Assembly (NCBI GenBank): GCA_964344535.1
Contig: CAYFNQ010000001.1
Coordinates: forward strand, 10,184-74,183
Length of the DNA: 64,000 nt
Direction: 5' to 3'
Source of the DNA: an uncultured Actinomyces sp.
Lineage (GTDB): Bacteria > Actinomycetota > Actinomycetes > Actinomycetales > Actinomycetaceae
The position numbers and the translations under genes are program-made. Below the pieces are notes generated by a model. The model was not told the origin of the DNA. It did not search any database and saw nothing but the letters and a program-made list of their open reading frames with translations. This document shows positions 44,056-55,570 of the stretch, piece after piece; position 1 is the stretch's first letter, and every line of letters starts with the position of its first letter.

Positions 44056-45470
44056 TGCCCAGCTTCTACTGGTGGGCCCGTTTCCTCCCAGCGGGAAATA
44101 ACCGTGGGTTCCTGCAGGTAAATGTCGCCACATCCCATAAGAATGCAGATGTCGCCAGGGCCGGTCAGGTCGGCACCCAAAGTGGCTGAGTCAAAAGCAC
44201 TGCCACCACCACGAATGTCCGCACCTTCTGAGACCTGGTCCAAAATCAACGCAGATGTAACGCCCGGCACCGGGTCCTCACGTGAACCGTCGATGTCAGT
44301 GACTACGGCTACGTCAGCTAGCTCCAAGACCTGCGCGAACTCTTTCGCGAAGAACTGGGTCCTGGAATAAAGGTGAGGCTGGAACACCGCCACTACGCGC
44401 CCGTCGCCTACAGCAAGGCGCGCCTGCGAAAGGGCACTTTGGAGCTCTGCGGGGTGGTGGGCGTAGTCGTCAATCAAAATGCGTCCGTCCCTCACCCCAA
44501 TCTCTTCAAAGCGGCGACGCGTCCCCTCAAACGCTGCAAGTCCCCTGCTGGCCTCATCGCCTGATAGACCCAGCGCAACCAGCGCCGCCCACGCACCACC
44601 AGCGTTTACTAGGTTGTGTTCGGCAGTTACCTGCAGCTCCAATGGGAACGTCTGTTCCCGGTAGACGATGCTGGCCGACAGTTCACTGCGCCCCATACTG
44701 CCCGGGATGATCTGAACGTCGGGAACACCAAAGGATCGCTGCGGCCTCCCATACGTGCGGATCTCAATGTCGCTGCGCCCAGCATTTTGGGCTAGCCACC
44801 AGCTGCCCGCGTCCTCAGCACAGCAAATCAGCACCCCACCGGGCTCAATTCGTTGGACGAAGTCTTGAAAAGCACTGCGCAGTTCAGCTTCACTGGCGTA
44901 GTTTACCGTGTGGTCAACACCGATATTTGTGATGACTTCTATTGTTGGCGTGTAGTTGAGAAAAGAGCGGTCTGATTCATCAGCCTCAGCCACAAAGATA
45001 TCGCGGCCAGTGCGTGCGCCCGTTCCAACACCGTCAATTGAGGCACCAATGGCGAACGAAGGATCCAGGCCAGCGTCCAAGAGTCCCACGGCAATCATGG
45101 CCGACGTGGTGGTCTTTCCATGGGTTCCGGCAACCGCCACGAACTTTTGTCCCTGCGCTGCAAGGGCCAACGCTTCACTTCTGTGGATCACCTTCTGCCC
45201 GCGCTGACGACCAGCAACCAGTTCTGCGTTGTCTTCTTTTATGGCGCTGGAACGCACCACCACAGCATCGGGGTCGTAGTTGCCGTCCCCGTGTGGGAAG
45301 TAGGCGTCGATGCCCAGCTGTTGCAGCGACCGCAACGTCGGGGAGTCGCTTCGATCCGAGCCTGAGACGGTCGCGCCCCTGTTTAGCAAAAGCTCCGCTA
45401 CAACGCTCATTCCTGACCCGCCAATTCCTATGAAGTGGAACGAAGCAGGCAGTTCTTTGTCGGTATTCAT
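44052..45470 (-). CDS. murC: UDP-N-acetylmuramate--L-alanine ligase
   Basis: HFIGIGGSGMS and VAGTHGKTTTSAM motifs. The ATG at 45470 forms an ATGA overlap with murG. Confidence 0.93.
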   Translation of the reverse strand: MNTDKELPASFHFIGIGGSGMSVVAELLLNRGATVSGSDRSDSPTLRSLQQLGIDAYFPHGDGNYDPDAVVVRSSAIKEDNAELVAGRQRGQKVIHRSEALALAAQGQKFVAVAGTHGKTTTSAMIAVGLLDAGLDPSFAIGASIDGVGTGARTGRDIFVAEADESDRSFLNYTPTIEVITNIGVDHTVNYASEAELRSAFQDFVQRIEPGGVLICCAEDAGSWWLAQNAGRSDIEIRTYGRPQRSFGVPDVQIIPGSMGRSELSASIVYREQTFPLELQVTAEHNLVNAGGAWAALVALGLSGDEASRGLAAFEGTRRRFEEIGVRDGRILIDDYAHHPAELQSALSQARLAVGDGRVVAVFQPHLYSRTQFFAKEFAQVLELADVAVVTDIDGSREDPVPGVTSALILDQVSEGADIRGGGSAFDSATLGADLTGPGDICILMGCGDIYLQEPTVISRWEETGPPVEAGQ

Positions 45471-46573
45471 GCTGACTCCTCTACCAAATCTGCAAGTCGA
45501 GCTGCCCCGTCTGCAGGGCAAGCTCCGTATGCTGCCTTGCCCATGGCTGACAACTTTTGTGGGTCGTTCAGAAGCGGGACGACCAGATCCTTGATGGTTT
45601 CCCGGGAAAATTCTTTGTTGGACACAATTTCGGCGCCGCCCGCCTGGGCAACATCCTTTGCGTTCAAAGCCTGCTCACCGTTACCGAAGGGCAGCGGGAC
45701 GAAGATGGCCGGTAGACCCAAGGCTCCAATTTCTGAAACCATGCCCGCTCCGGAACGTGCCACGACAAGATCGCTGGCAGCAAACGCCAATTCCATCTGG
45801 TCCTCATACTCTTTTACAAGCCACGCAACCTGAGTGCCGGCGAGCGCGGCGTTCACCTGGTCGCTCTTCCCCTTGCCGGTGATGTGGATGACTTGCGTCT
45901 GCGCACCGAACAGGTCCATGGAATCCGTCAGGACTTCGTTGAGGTGCTGGGCGCCCAACGAACCTCCGGTCACTAACAGCGTGGGCTGGTGCGGGTTTAA
46001 GTCGAAGTGTTGGGCGGCTACACAGCGAAGGTCCCAACTGTCCTTCGCGTCGGTTCGTATCTGTGCGACCTTCGCGATGGGTGCGCGAAGCGGCATCCCG
46101 ACCACCAGGGTCCTTCCTTTTGCAGCTTTGAGTGGCGTGCCTGGGAACGTCAGAGCAACAACCTTGGCGAATCGAGCTCCCAGCTTGTTAGCCCAGCCGG
46201 GCCTAGCATTTTGCTCGTGGATGACCAGTGGGACGCCGGCATTGCGGGCAGCAAGATAGACCGGTGCTCCCACGTATCCTCCAAATCCCAAAGCCACGTC
46301 AGCTTTTTGGAGAACGCGGGCTGACTTTCGATAAGCCCGGTGAAACTTTGTGGGAAAACGCAGTGCCTCTAGGCCTGGCCTACGTGGGAAGGGAACCTTA
46401 GGTATGGTCACCAGGTCGAACCCTGCGGCTGGAACCAGATCCTTTTCTAGACCTTCCTCCGTTCCCACGACCAGGATTGAATGCCCCCGGTCCTTCAGAA
46501 CCTTGGCTGTTGCCAGTAACGGGTTCACGTGTCCGGCAGTTCCGCCCCCGGCAAGCACAATTCGAAGTGTCAC
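45467..46573 (-). CDS. murG: UDP-N-acetylglucosamine--N-acetylmuramyl-(pentapeptide) pyrophosphoryl-undecaprenol GlcNAc transferase
   Basis: LAGGGTAGHVNPLLA and VTGGSLGAQHLN motifs. Confidence 0.93.
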   Translation of the reverse strand: MTLRIVLAGGGTAGHVNPLLATAKVLKDRGHSILVVGTEEGLEKDLVPAAGFDLVTIPKVPFPRRPGLEALRFPTKFHRAYRKSARVLQKADVALGFGGYVGAPVYLAARNAGVPLVIHEQNARPGWANKLGARFAKVVALTFPGTPLKAAKGRTLVVGMPLRAPIAKVAQIRTDAKDSWDLRCVAAQHFDLNPHQPTLLVTGGSLGAQHLNEVLTDSMDLFGAQTQVIHITGKGKSDQVNAALAGTQVAWLVKEYEDQMELAFAASDLVVARSGAGMVSEIGALGLPAIFVPLPFGNGEQALNAKDVAQAGGAEIVSNKEFSRETIKDLVVPLLNDPQKLSAMGKAAYGACPADGAARLADLVEESA

Positions 46574-46577
46574 GACG

Positions 46578-47789
46578 CTATCCTCTCACCGCATTCGCAT
46601 TCGGCGTTCCTTGGCCGGCGTAATTGGCAACGTCTGCACGCGCAAACGAAAGCAACACACCTATGGCTATCGCAGTGAAAAGGAACGAGGACCCACCGTA
46701 GGAAACAAGCGGGAAAGGCACGCCGATCACGGGCACCAATCCGATCACGGTGCCAACGTTTATAAAGGTCTGTGCGGAAAGCCACGCACCCATAGCTCCG
46801 GCCGTCACCCTTATAAAGGGATTCGGTGAGTGGGAGGACAGGGAAAAAACTCCGTAGATCAAAGCGCCGGTTACGACAAGCAGCGTTAGTGTCCCCACTA
46901 GCCCAAACTCTTCACCAATGATTGCCAAGATAAAATCTGTGTGAGCTTCTTGCAGATAGTCCCATTTCTCTCTTGAGGCTCCAGGTCCCAAACCAAAAAG
47001 CCCTCCTGAGCCCAATGCCCAAAGTCCGTGGTCCGTTTGAGTGGGAGCACTCACGGAAGTGTTGGACGTTTGCCCCGACAGAAATTCGTACACCCTGCGC
47101 AGTCGTGAAGAGCTCAATGTCAGCAAAAAAGCAGAGACTCCTGCACCTGCTAACCCCAAATAGCCCAACCAAAGGCCGGGGATTCCCGCCATCCACAAAG
47201 CTCCAAAGATCAGAGCCACAAAGATAAGCATGGTGCCCTGGTCCCCACCTGCCATGACCGCAACCAGCGAAAGCAAAGATGGAATGCCCGCCCAAGTCAG
47301 AACTTGTTTCCAGTCCCTGATATTGAGAGCGGGACTAGAAAGAACTCTGCCAAGCACCAAGGCCGTGGCCAGTTTCAAAAGCTCTGAGGGCTGGAAAGCG
47401 ATACCCGTGCCAAAAAGGGGTATCCAGTTGACGTTGCCCCCCTCCTCGATTCCAATCACAAGGACAGAGAACTGCAGGGTCAAAGCAAACGCGTAGATCA
47501 AAAAAGCCAGGCGATCCCAAATGCGGGGCTTTATGAACGCGCTTGTCGTCCCCAGACCTAAAGCGACGCCCGCAATGAGTAACGTCCGCAGGAACGGTTG
47601 GTAGGGGCTGACTCCCTTTCCAATGTAGGAAACGGATGTTGCCGAAAACCCCATCATTAAGCCAAAGGCTCCTAAAAGCAAAGCCGGAACCAAGATGAAG
47701 TAGTAGGTGCGGGTTGCTCTGTAGGGGGAGGCCTTGCTTTCGAAGCGGATCCGGGGCAGTAGCGTCTTGCGCTTCTTCTTTCCCATCAT
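46578..47789 (-). CDS. ftsW: SEDS-family peptidoglycan glycosyltransferase FtsW
   Basis: About 10 transmembrane segments. QPSELLK, HTDFILAIIGEEFG and PLVSYGGSS motifs. Confidence 0.92.
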   Translation of the reverse strand: MMGKKKRKTLLPRIRFESKASPYRATRTYYFILVPALLLGAFGLMMGFSATSVSYIGKGVSPYQPFLRTLLIAGVALGLGTTSAFIKPRIWDRLAFLIYAFALTLQFSVLVIGIEEGGNVNWIPLFGTGIAFQPSELLKLATALVLGRVLSSPALNIRDWKQVLTWAGIPSLLSLVAVMAGGDQGTMLIFVALIFGALWMAGIPGLWLGYLGLAGAGVSAFLLTLSSSRLRRVYEFLSGQTSNTSVSAPTQTDHGLWALGSGGLFGLGPGASREKWDYLQEAHTDFILAIIGEEFGLVGTLTLLVVTGALIYGVFSLSSHSPNPFIRVTAGAMGAWLSAQTFINVGTVIGLVPVIGVPFPLVSYGGSSFLFTAIAIGVLLSFARADVANYAGQGTPNANAVRG

Positions 47790-47795
47790 TCCCCT

Positions 47796-49198
47796 TTACT
47801 GAAGCGACAGAACCGCTTCTTCAAAGAGACTGCCACGCTCTTCAAAACTTCCAAACTGGTCCCAAGAGGCACATCCCGGCGCCAACAGCACCGTATCCCC
47901 CACCTCGCCGGATTCCGCGCAGGCGCGCACGGCAGCCCGGAGGTCCCCAAGGCCCGTTCCCGTCGTAGCGGCGCTCAACACAGGCACGTCTGGGCAGTGC
48001 TTGTTACGCAAATCCCACAGGGGCTCCTTGTCAGCCCCCAAGAACGCGAGCCCCTTGGCCTTTGTGCGGGCAAGGTCAAACAGGGCTGACAGGTCCTGTC
48101 CTTTTGCGTCGCCTCCAACAATCCACAATAGTTTTCCATCTGCAACACCACGTGCGGAGGTCAGCGCTGCGTGAACATTCGTCGCCTTGGAATCATCCAC
48201 CCAGGTCACTGGGCCCGCTAACACGGTTGTTCGCCTATGCGCGGGAGTAGAAAAGTGGGCTAGCCCTTCAACTATTTCCTCTTGACTACTCCCGGCTGCT
48301 CTAGCCAGCCCAATGGCAGCCAACGCATCAAGCACAAGTGGGGCCGAGCTAAAATCGTGGGCCGCGATCGCTGCGAATGAGGGAAGGTCGGCCAGGTCCA
48401 CCAGTTCCTCCCCATCGACCTCCCCAAAGGCCCGGTCGACAACAACGGTGCCAACGATGCCTAGCTGGCCGGGATGAACTGACCCGAAAGTGAGCGGCAC
48501 CAGCGGTGCCTCACTGCGAGCTTCGCGCGCCATTCGCTCAACCTCCGGCTGGTCGGCAAAAAATAGCCGGGCGCCGTACACACCGTTGTAAATGGTCGCT
48601 TTAGCCGCCCGGTATGCCTCTTTAGATCCGTGCCAGTCCAAGTGGTCGTCATCAATGTTCAAACAAATTGCGGCCAAGGGTGCCAGGTGGTCTGTCATGG
48701 CTAGCTGGAAAGACGACAGTTCGACCGCCAATGCGTCCGCGTCTTCCAAAACTCCAGCACTTAGTGGGAATCCGATGTTGCCTGCTGCCAGGGCCCGACG
48801 GTTGGAGGCCGACAAGATAGCTGCAAGCATGCTCACGGTGGTTGTCTTGCCGTTCGTGCCTGTGACCGCCAGCCAGGCAGCGCCTTCGGGTCCCTGCATG
48901 TCCCATGCCAACTGGACTTCGCTAACTAGCGGTACCCCTGCGTCTCGCAGCTCAGTCAAGGCCAAAGAGTCAAACGGGATTCCCGGGGAAACGACAACGA
49001 ACTCTGGATCGTATTCCAGGAGAGCCGATGCCAGCTGATGCTGGTCCTCCAGCACAGTCACCTGCGCTTCTATGGAAGAAGCAGACTGGGCGAATAGGGC
49101 GGGAGCAAATCCCCGTTCCTGTAGAAGACGCGCGGCTGCGACACCGGAAACACCAGCGCCCAAGACCGCCACGTGCCGTGGCGCCTGGTCGCCCGCCA

Positions 49199-49199
<1 letters not shown>
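47796..49199 (-). CDS. murD: UDP-N-acetylmuramoylalanine--D-glutamate ligase
   Basis: VAVLGAGVSGVAAARLL and VTGTNGKTTT motifs. I moved the start to ATG 49199, which overlaps the mraY stop by 1 nt (TGATG). Confidence 0.9.
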
Positions 49200-50283
<1,084 letters not shown>

Positions 50284-50287
<4 letters not shown>

Positions 50288-51720
50288 TCCTTCTCACTTT
50301 CTGTGGTGGTGCCAGACTCAATTGCTTCGGCGACACGCCAAGCGTTAGAGGCGTTCGACCCTTTTATCAAGACCGTGTCCCCTTCCTGCGCTAACCCTGC
50401 CAATAGACTAAGCGCCTCTGAATGGTCGCTTGCTTTCGCGACCGTAACGCCCGGGCTACTTGAACTTACTTCAGCGTCAAGGTAGGGAGCGTCACCAAGC
50501 AAAACGATCGCCGCCGGTTCCTGCGCCAGAGCTTCTTGCCCAGCTTGCAGGTGCAAAGCGTCACTGTCAGGCCCCAGTTCATGCATCGCGCCCAGGATCA
50601 TCAAAACTCTGCCGTCTCCAGCAAGGCGGCGGACCTCCGTGAAGGCTGCTCTCATGGAATCGGGGTTCGCGTTATAAGAATCGTCCAGGACCCTCACAGA
50701 AACTGTGGACTCACCCGTATCCACCTGGGCGTCCCTCACGTCCATGCGGTGGGCTGAGGCCGCGTGAAGTGTCCCGACTGTTCGCGCCGCTTCTTCCATG
50801 GGGACGCCCAAGGCTGTGCTTGCCGTAATGGCTGCCAGAGCATTTTGCACCTGATGTGCGCCCCTGATTTGTAGCAAGACGGGGCTTGACTCGCTGTGGC
50901 TTTCAGCCACAAACTGGGCCCGCCCGTCAACTACCTGGACGTCCGCGGCCCAAAGTGTTGCCTTGGGTGAACCTGCCGCTGAGAACGTGAGCGCTTCTCT
51001 TGGTGAATACCTGGACATCGCAATGACCGCGGGATCGTCAAAGTTGAGAACGGCAACCCCGCTTGGCACCAGCCCTTGAACAAGCTCAGATTTAGCTTGA
51101 GCAACGGCCTCAAACCCCCCAAATCCACCTAAGTGAGCGCTGCCAATCATCAGCACTACACCTACGTCCAACGGCGCAATACGGGTCAAGTACGTGAGTT
51201 CACCCGCACCGGAAGCACCCATCTCAAGCACCAAGAAACGTGTTTCGTCAGTGGCCTTCAATACCGTTAGCGGACACCCCACCTCATTGTTGTATGAGCG
51301 CTCCGGGGCAACAGTTGGCCCCTGGGTGGCAAGGATGCCGGCCAGCAGGTCCTTCGTGGTTGTCTTACCGGCAGACCCGGTGATCCCAACTACGCTGATA
51401 TCACCAGATGCGCGTAGCCCCTCAAGGTGGGCTTGCGCTAACTGACCCAGTGCCCGCGTACCGTTTTCAACCACTACCTGTGCAATGTCTAGGTCCGGGA
51501 TCTGTCTTTCGACAATGACAGCCACAGCGCCAGCTGCTTGGGCTTGGGTGCCGTAGAGGTGACCGTCGGCGTGTTCGCCCACCCGCGCAACGTACAGTCC
51601 ACCGGGGACGATCCTGCGCGAGTCCGTCTGCGTGAGGCTTAGGTCTACTACTTGCTGAGCGTCTTTTGCCAGCAATTCACCGTCGACTGCGTCCGCTATC
51701 CAACGAAGTGTTCTTCCCAT
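50284..51720 (-). CDS. murF: UDP-N-acetylmuramoyl-tripeptide--D-alanyl-D-alanine ligase
   Basis: ITGSAGKTTTKD plus the MurF-specific SYNNEVGCPLTVL. I moved the start to ATG 51720 (MGRTLRWIADAVDGEL). The listed start is GTG 51762. Confidence 0.9.
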
Positions 51721-51751
51721 CCCACCACCCAGGTTGTCCCGAGACGAAACC

Positions 51752-53482
51752 TTACCCTGCACTTGTCGGCTCAGACGGATAGAGGACGGGTGCCTCTTTG
51801 GAAGGGGGCACGGACAGACTCCTCAAGGCTTCCGCTGAAACCTGTGCAAACAGTGGTGCGACCGACACGCCCGCAGTCAAAGTGTTTTTCGGGTCGTACA
51901 ACACAGCTGAGATAGCCAACACAGGCTGGTCAGCTGGCACTACGCCAATCATGCTGGGCACGATGCCCCCACCGGGATTCTCTGCGGTCCCGGTCTTCAA
52001 AGCTGACCGGTATCCCTCCACCTGCGCCAGGCCACCTGTCCCCGCCTCAGCAACCGACTCCATCATCAGCAGCAACGTTTGGGCAACCTCAGGTCGCAGC
52101 ACCTGCACCGGATCCGTAGGTTCTGGTTCGTGGAAATTTCCCTCCTGGTCGCTGAATCCTTGAACCAGGGTTGGGGCAACCCACACACCATCATTTGCGA
52201 TCACAGACGCCATCACTGCGGATTGAATAGCAGTAACCGCAACGCCTTGCCCGAACATTGTCGTGTATCGCATACGGCCGTCCCACTCCTGCGGAGTGTG
52301 CAAGATGCCGCCCGATTCCCCAGGCAGTTCGATGCCCGTCGGTTTCCCAAAGCCGAACGCGGAGCTGATGTCGTACCTGCGCTGCTCAGGGACCGTCGCA
52401 CCAACCATGACAGTTCCAGTGTTTGACGATTCAGCAAGAATTCCTGTTGCGGTTCGGCGTTGCGTTTCGTGGGGCGCCAAGTCCTTGAATACCTGTCCCC
52501 CGATTTCGTACTGGTCAGGAACCGTGAATTCTGTGAGGGGCGTTATCGTGCCTTCCTCTAAGGCGGCCCCAAACGTCACGACCTTGAATGTAGAGCCAGG
52601 CTCATAAACCATCTGCACCGCTCTAGATGCACTAGGTCCAAGCGCTGGGTTTTGGTTGTTGGAATCGGCTAGAGCCAAGACGTTTCCCGTGCCAACTTCA
52701 AGAACAACAACCGCACCCCACTGAGCTCCGTTCTGGGCGACAGCCTCATCTAAGAGCCGCTCAACAGAGTGCTGGAGGTCAGAATGCAACGTGGTATGAA
52801 TGGTCTGGCCCGGCAGTGCTTCCTTGATCACTGTTTTCGCCCCGGGCATCACGGCCCCGGTCGGGCCCACCTCATACGCCTCTTGGCCGGCAGTGCCCAC
52901 CAGCAGGTCGTTGAAGGTCAGCTCCAAGCCTGCGTTGCCGTTGCCCTCTGAGTCGACAGAGCCCAATACGCTGGCAGCTGTGCTCCCCGACGGGTAGACG
53001 CGCTCAAAACTGGGTTCCCATTCGATCCCGTAGATGCGCAGTGCCCGGATCGCGCGGTACGTCTTTGCGTCCACGTCCCTAGCTAGGTAGCGGTACGTGG
53101 AGTCACCGATCATCTCCCCACCCAGTTCGGTTGGATCCCGGTGCAACAGTGGCGCCAGAAGCCTGGCAGCTTCTGCGGGTCCTTGCCCCACCAGCTCTCC
53201 CTCATCATCAAAGCGTCGATAGTCGCCAATTGCTTTTTGATTAACGGCAATGTGGTACGTGGCTTGGGTTTCCACCAACACCTGTCCGTTCACGTCCAGT
53301 ATTGCGCCACGCGGAGCATCCAAAGCAGATGTCCGCGTCCTGACGGAACGACCCTCTTCGGCCAGTTCCGCCCCCTTGACAATCTGAATGTTAAAGAGTT
53401 GCAACGCGCAGGCTAGCAGGGCTATAAGTGCGAAAACCCAGATCACCCGGCCCCTGCGCTGAATGTTCTTTGGTGCGGTCAC
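51752..53482 (-). CDS. ftsI: Class B penicillin-binding protein (FtsI/PbpB-type transpeptidase)
   Basis: N-terminal transmembrane anchor and transpeptidase motifs STFK (YEPGSTFKV), SSN (AESSNTG) and KTG (LKTGTAE). Confidence 0.9.
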   Translation of the reverse strand: MTAPKNIQRRGRVIWVFALIALLACALQLFNIQIVKGAELAEEGRSVRTRTSALDAPRGAILDVNGQVLVETQATYHIAVNQKAIGDYRRFDDEGELVGQGPAEAARLLAPLLHRDPTELGGEMIGDSTYRYLARDVDAKTYRAIRALRIYGIEWEPSFERVYPSGSTAASVLGSVDSEGNGNAGLELTFNDLLVGTAGQEAYEVGPTGAVMPGAKTVIKEALPGQTIHTTLHSDLQHSVERLLDEAVAQNGAQWGAVVVLEVGTGNVLALADSNNQNPALGPSASRAVQMVYEPGSTFKVVTFGAALEEGTITPLTEFTVPDQYEIGGQVFKDLAPHETQRRTATGILAESSNTGTVMVGATVPEQRRYDISSAFGFGKPTGIELPGESGGILHTPQEWDGRMRYTTMFGQGVAVTAIQSAVMASVIANDGVWVAPTLVQGFSDQEGNFHEPEPTDPVQVLRPEVAQTLLLMMESVAEAGTGGLAQVEGYRSALKTGTAENPGGGIVPSMIGVVPADQPVLAISAVLYDPKNTLTAGVSVAPLFAQVSAEALRSLSVPPSKEAPVLYPSEPTSAG

Positions 53483-53907
53483 GGGGCTGGCTCCCCACCC
53501 GAAATCGTCCCGTCAATCAGAGACAAGGTTCCTGCAGGGCCTGGCGGGACTAGGCCCAGTTCCCGGGCCTTTTGATCTAGAGCCTGGGCTGAGCTGGCCT
53601 CAAGCACCGCCACTTCCAACACACTTTGTTCCGCTTGGAGTTCCGCCAGCTCCACGCGCGCGTCTCTAATTGCGTAAGAGGTGCGTGCCATTTGCGTATT
53701 CACATGGAGCGGCAAAAGGACGGATAGCGCCAAAACCAAAACTGCTAGTACTACCAGTGGCCAAGCCCGCCCTACCTCCGGCTGTGTTGACCTAGCGACA
53801 ATTCGTAGGTTTGGCGTTTGCTGGGTCTGGGGTTTTGTGGCCGAGGATGGTCGCGGCTGATGGCGCGGCGACCTTGGTGCGTAGGTGGGAGCGGCGCTAA
53901 CTGTCAT
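53479..53907 (-). CDS. ftsL: FtsL-like septation protein (single-pass membrane, coiled coil)
   Basis: Pro/basic N-terminus, one transmembrane helix, then leucine-zipper-like YAIRDARVELAELQAEQSVLEVAV. 4-nt overlaps on both sides. Confidence 0.65.
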   Translation of the reverse strand: MTVSAAPTYAPRSPRHQPRPSSATKPQTQQTPNLRIVARSTQPEVGRAWPLVVLAVLVLALSVLLPLHVNTQMARTSYAIRDARVELAELQAEQSVLEVAVLEASSAQALDQKARELGLVPPGPAGTLSLIDGTISGGEPAP

Positions 53908-54980
53908 TGCTTACCCCAGGGTGCTAGTAGTTCGGCTGCACGAAGGCGAACGGGCTGTGAACGCGGGTTGCTAGCAATTTCCGTTTCGGAGGCCTTCATA
54001 GCTCCCCTGGTTAGATGCTTGAGCCGGGCACCTTGTTCTATCTGGTCAGCCTGCAGTGGGACGCCGGCGGGAATGGCGTCGCCCACCTGGGCGGCGCCCT
54101 CGTTGAAAATCCGCTTCACCAGCCGGTCCTCTAGGGACTGGTAGCTCATGATCACGATGCGCCCACCAACGCTCAAGCTCTCAAGAGCCCGCGGTAGTGC
54201 CTCTTCTAGGATCTCAAGTTCGTTGTTCACCGCTATACGAATGGCTTGGAAGGTGCGTTTGGCCGGGTGTCCTCCGCTACGCCGGGCCGGCGCAGGAATT
54301 GATTCGCGCACAAGTTCCGCAAGTTCTCCAGTGGTGCGCAGTGGCTCTACTTCTCTGCGGGTCACAATCGCGCGGGCAATCTTGTGTGCAAACTTCTCAT
54401 CTGCCCCCTCCCTGAGGATCTTTGTCAGCTCAGCCACGCTTGCCGTGTTCAGCAGCTCCTGAGCAGAGATGCCTTCCTCACGATCCATTCGCATGTCCAA
54501 AGGGGCGTCCTGGGAGTATGAAAAACCGCGATCGACTTCGTCCAACTGCATGGACGACACGCCTAGGTCCATGAGGATCCCGTCCACGCGTTTACCTTGG
54601 GTGGCCAGGTCAATCTGGTCGTACGTGCCCAGGAAAGGACGAAACCGGTCACCAAAGCGCGCCAAGCGATCCGACGCCAATCGCAGCGCTTCGGGGTCCC
54701 TATCAATGCCAATCACTGTCAGGGTAGGAAAGCGTTCCAGTGCGGCTTCCGTGTGTCCACCAAGACCCAGTGTGGCGTCGACCATGACCGGCTGGTCGAC
54801 CGCAAACGCGGGAGCCAGCAGGTCCAAACACTCTTGCAAAAGCACCGGGGTGTGGAGGGAAGCAGGGTCGTCTACCACCACTACCGCCATTTCTGCTGCG
54901 GGATCTGAGACCGGGGAAGTGGCCTTAGATCCCGCAGCGCGCTCTTCTTCTCTAATAGAGGCCGGGGATGATTTCTTCAT
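53904..54980 (-). CDS. rsmH: 16S rRNA (cytosine1402-N4)-methyltransferase
   Basis: HTPVLLQECLDLL, DATLGLGGH and DLGVSSMQLD motifs. The start is uncertain (ATG 54980 overlaps mraZ by 29 nt; the alternative is ATG 54890). Confidence 0.9.
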   Translation of the reverse strand: MKKSSPASIREEERAAGSKATSPVSDPAAEMAVVVVDDPASLHTPVLLQECLDLLAPAFAVDQPVMVDATLGLGGHTEAALERFPTLTVIGIDRDPEALRLASDRLARFGDRFRPFLGTYDQIDLATQGKRVDGILMDLGVSSMQLDEVDRGFSYSQDAPLDMRMDREEGISAQELLNTASVAELTKILREGADEKFAHKIARAIVTRREVEPLRTTGELAELVRESIPAPARRSGGHPAKRTFQAIRIAVNNELEILEEALPRALESLSVGGRIVIMSYQSLEDRLVKRIFNEGAAQVGDAIPAGVPLQADQIEQGARLKHLTRGAMKASETEIASNPRSQPVRLRAAELLAPWGKQ

Positions 54981-55380
54981 CTGTCTTTACAAACTCTTCT
55001 TCGGTGCGCGAAACGTAGGACTCCCATGCCTGTGCGTCCCAAATTTCTGCACGGGTCCCTGCGCCTATTACGACCAGGTCACGATCTAAATCCGCGTAGG
55101 TGCGCAACCTGGGAGGAATCGTTATCCGTCCCTGCTTGTCAGCCGCCGTGTCCTCGGCCCCAGAAAACAAAAACCTCAGGTAGCTAGGATTCTTCGCCTT
55201 TTCCTTGTCAGCACGAAGCTGCGCAACCATGTCTTCAAACTCGCTCCGAGCAACAACGTAAAGGCAGCGTTCCTGGCCGGGAGCCAACACCAGGCCTTCC
55301 GCCAGCTGCTCGCGAAACTTGGAGGGGAGGATGAGGCGGCCCTTATCGTCAAGCTTCGGTTCGTAAGTGCCCAGAAACAT
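54952..55380 (-). CDS. mraZ: Transcriptional regulator MraZ
   Basis: MFLGTYEPKLDDKGRLILPSKFR and a second DKQGRITIP repeat. I moved the start to ATG 55380. The listed ORF extends artificially to 55698. Confidence 0.93.
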   Translation of the reverse strand: MFLGTYEPKLDDKGRLILPSKFREQLAEGLVLAPGQERCLYVVARSEFEDMVAQLRADKEKAKNPSYLRFLFSGAEDTAADKQGRITIPPRLRTYADLDRDLVVIGAGTRAEIWDAQAWESYVSRTEEEFVKTDEEIIPGLY

Positions 55381-55400
55381 GCTTCCCCCCTTCCTAGTGC

Positions 55401-55440
55401 TCCACAATACTCCATTTCCCTCCACAAACATCCACAAAGC
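55401..55440 (-). promoter_or_regulatory. Array of four 10-bp-periodic direct repeats (TGTGGA core on the gene strand), candidate MraZ operator
   Basis: Plus-strand decamers are TCCACAATAC, TCCATTTCCC, TCCACAAACA and TCCACAAAGC at exactly 55401, 55411, 55421 and 55431. The array ends 20 nt upstream of the mraZ ATG. Confidence 0.55.
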
Positions 55441-55570
55441 ACCATTTGGTGTGGGTTTATCGGCAAAAAGCAAGAATCCGGGAACAGAGAAGGGCGCAGA
55501 CAGGAAGTGGTGGCAAAAAGAAAAGCCCGGGGTCCCCCCGGGCTTTGAATTTAGGAAAGCTGTTAGGCGA

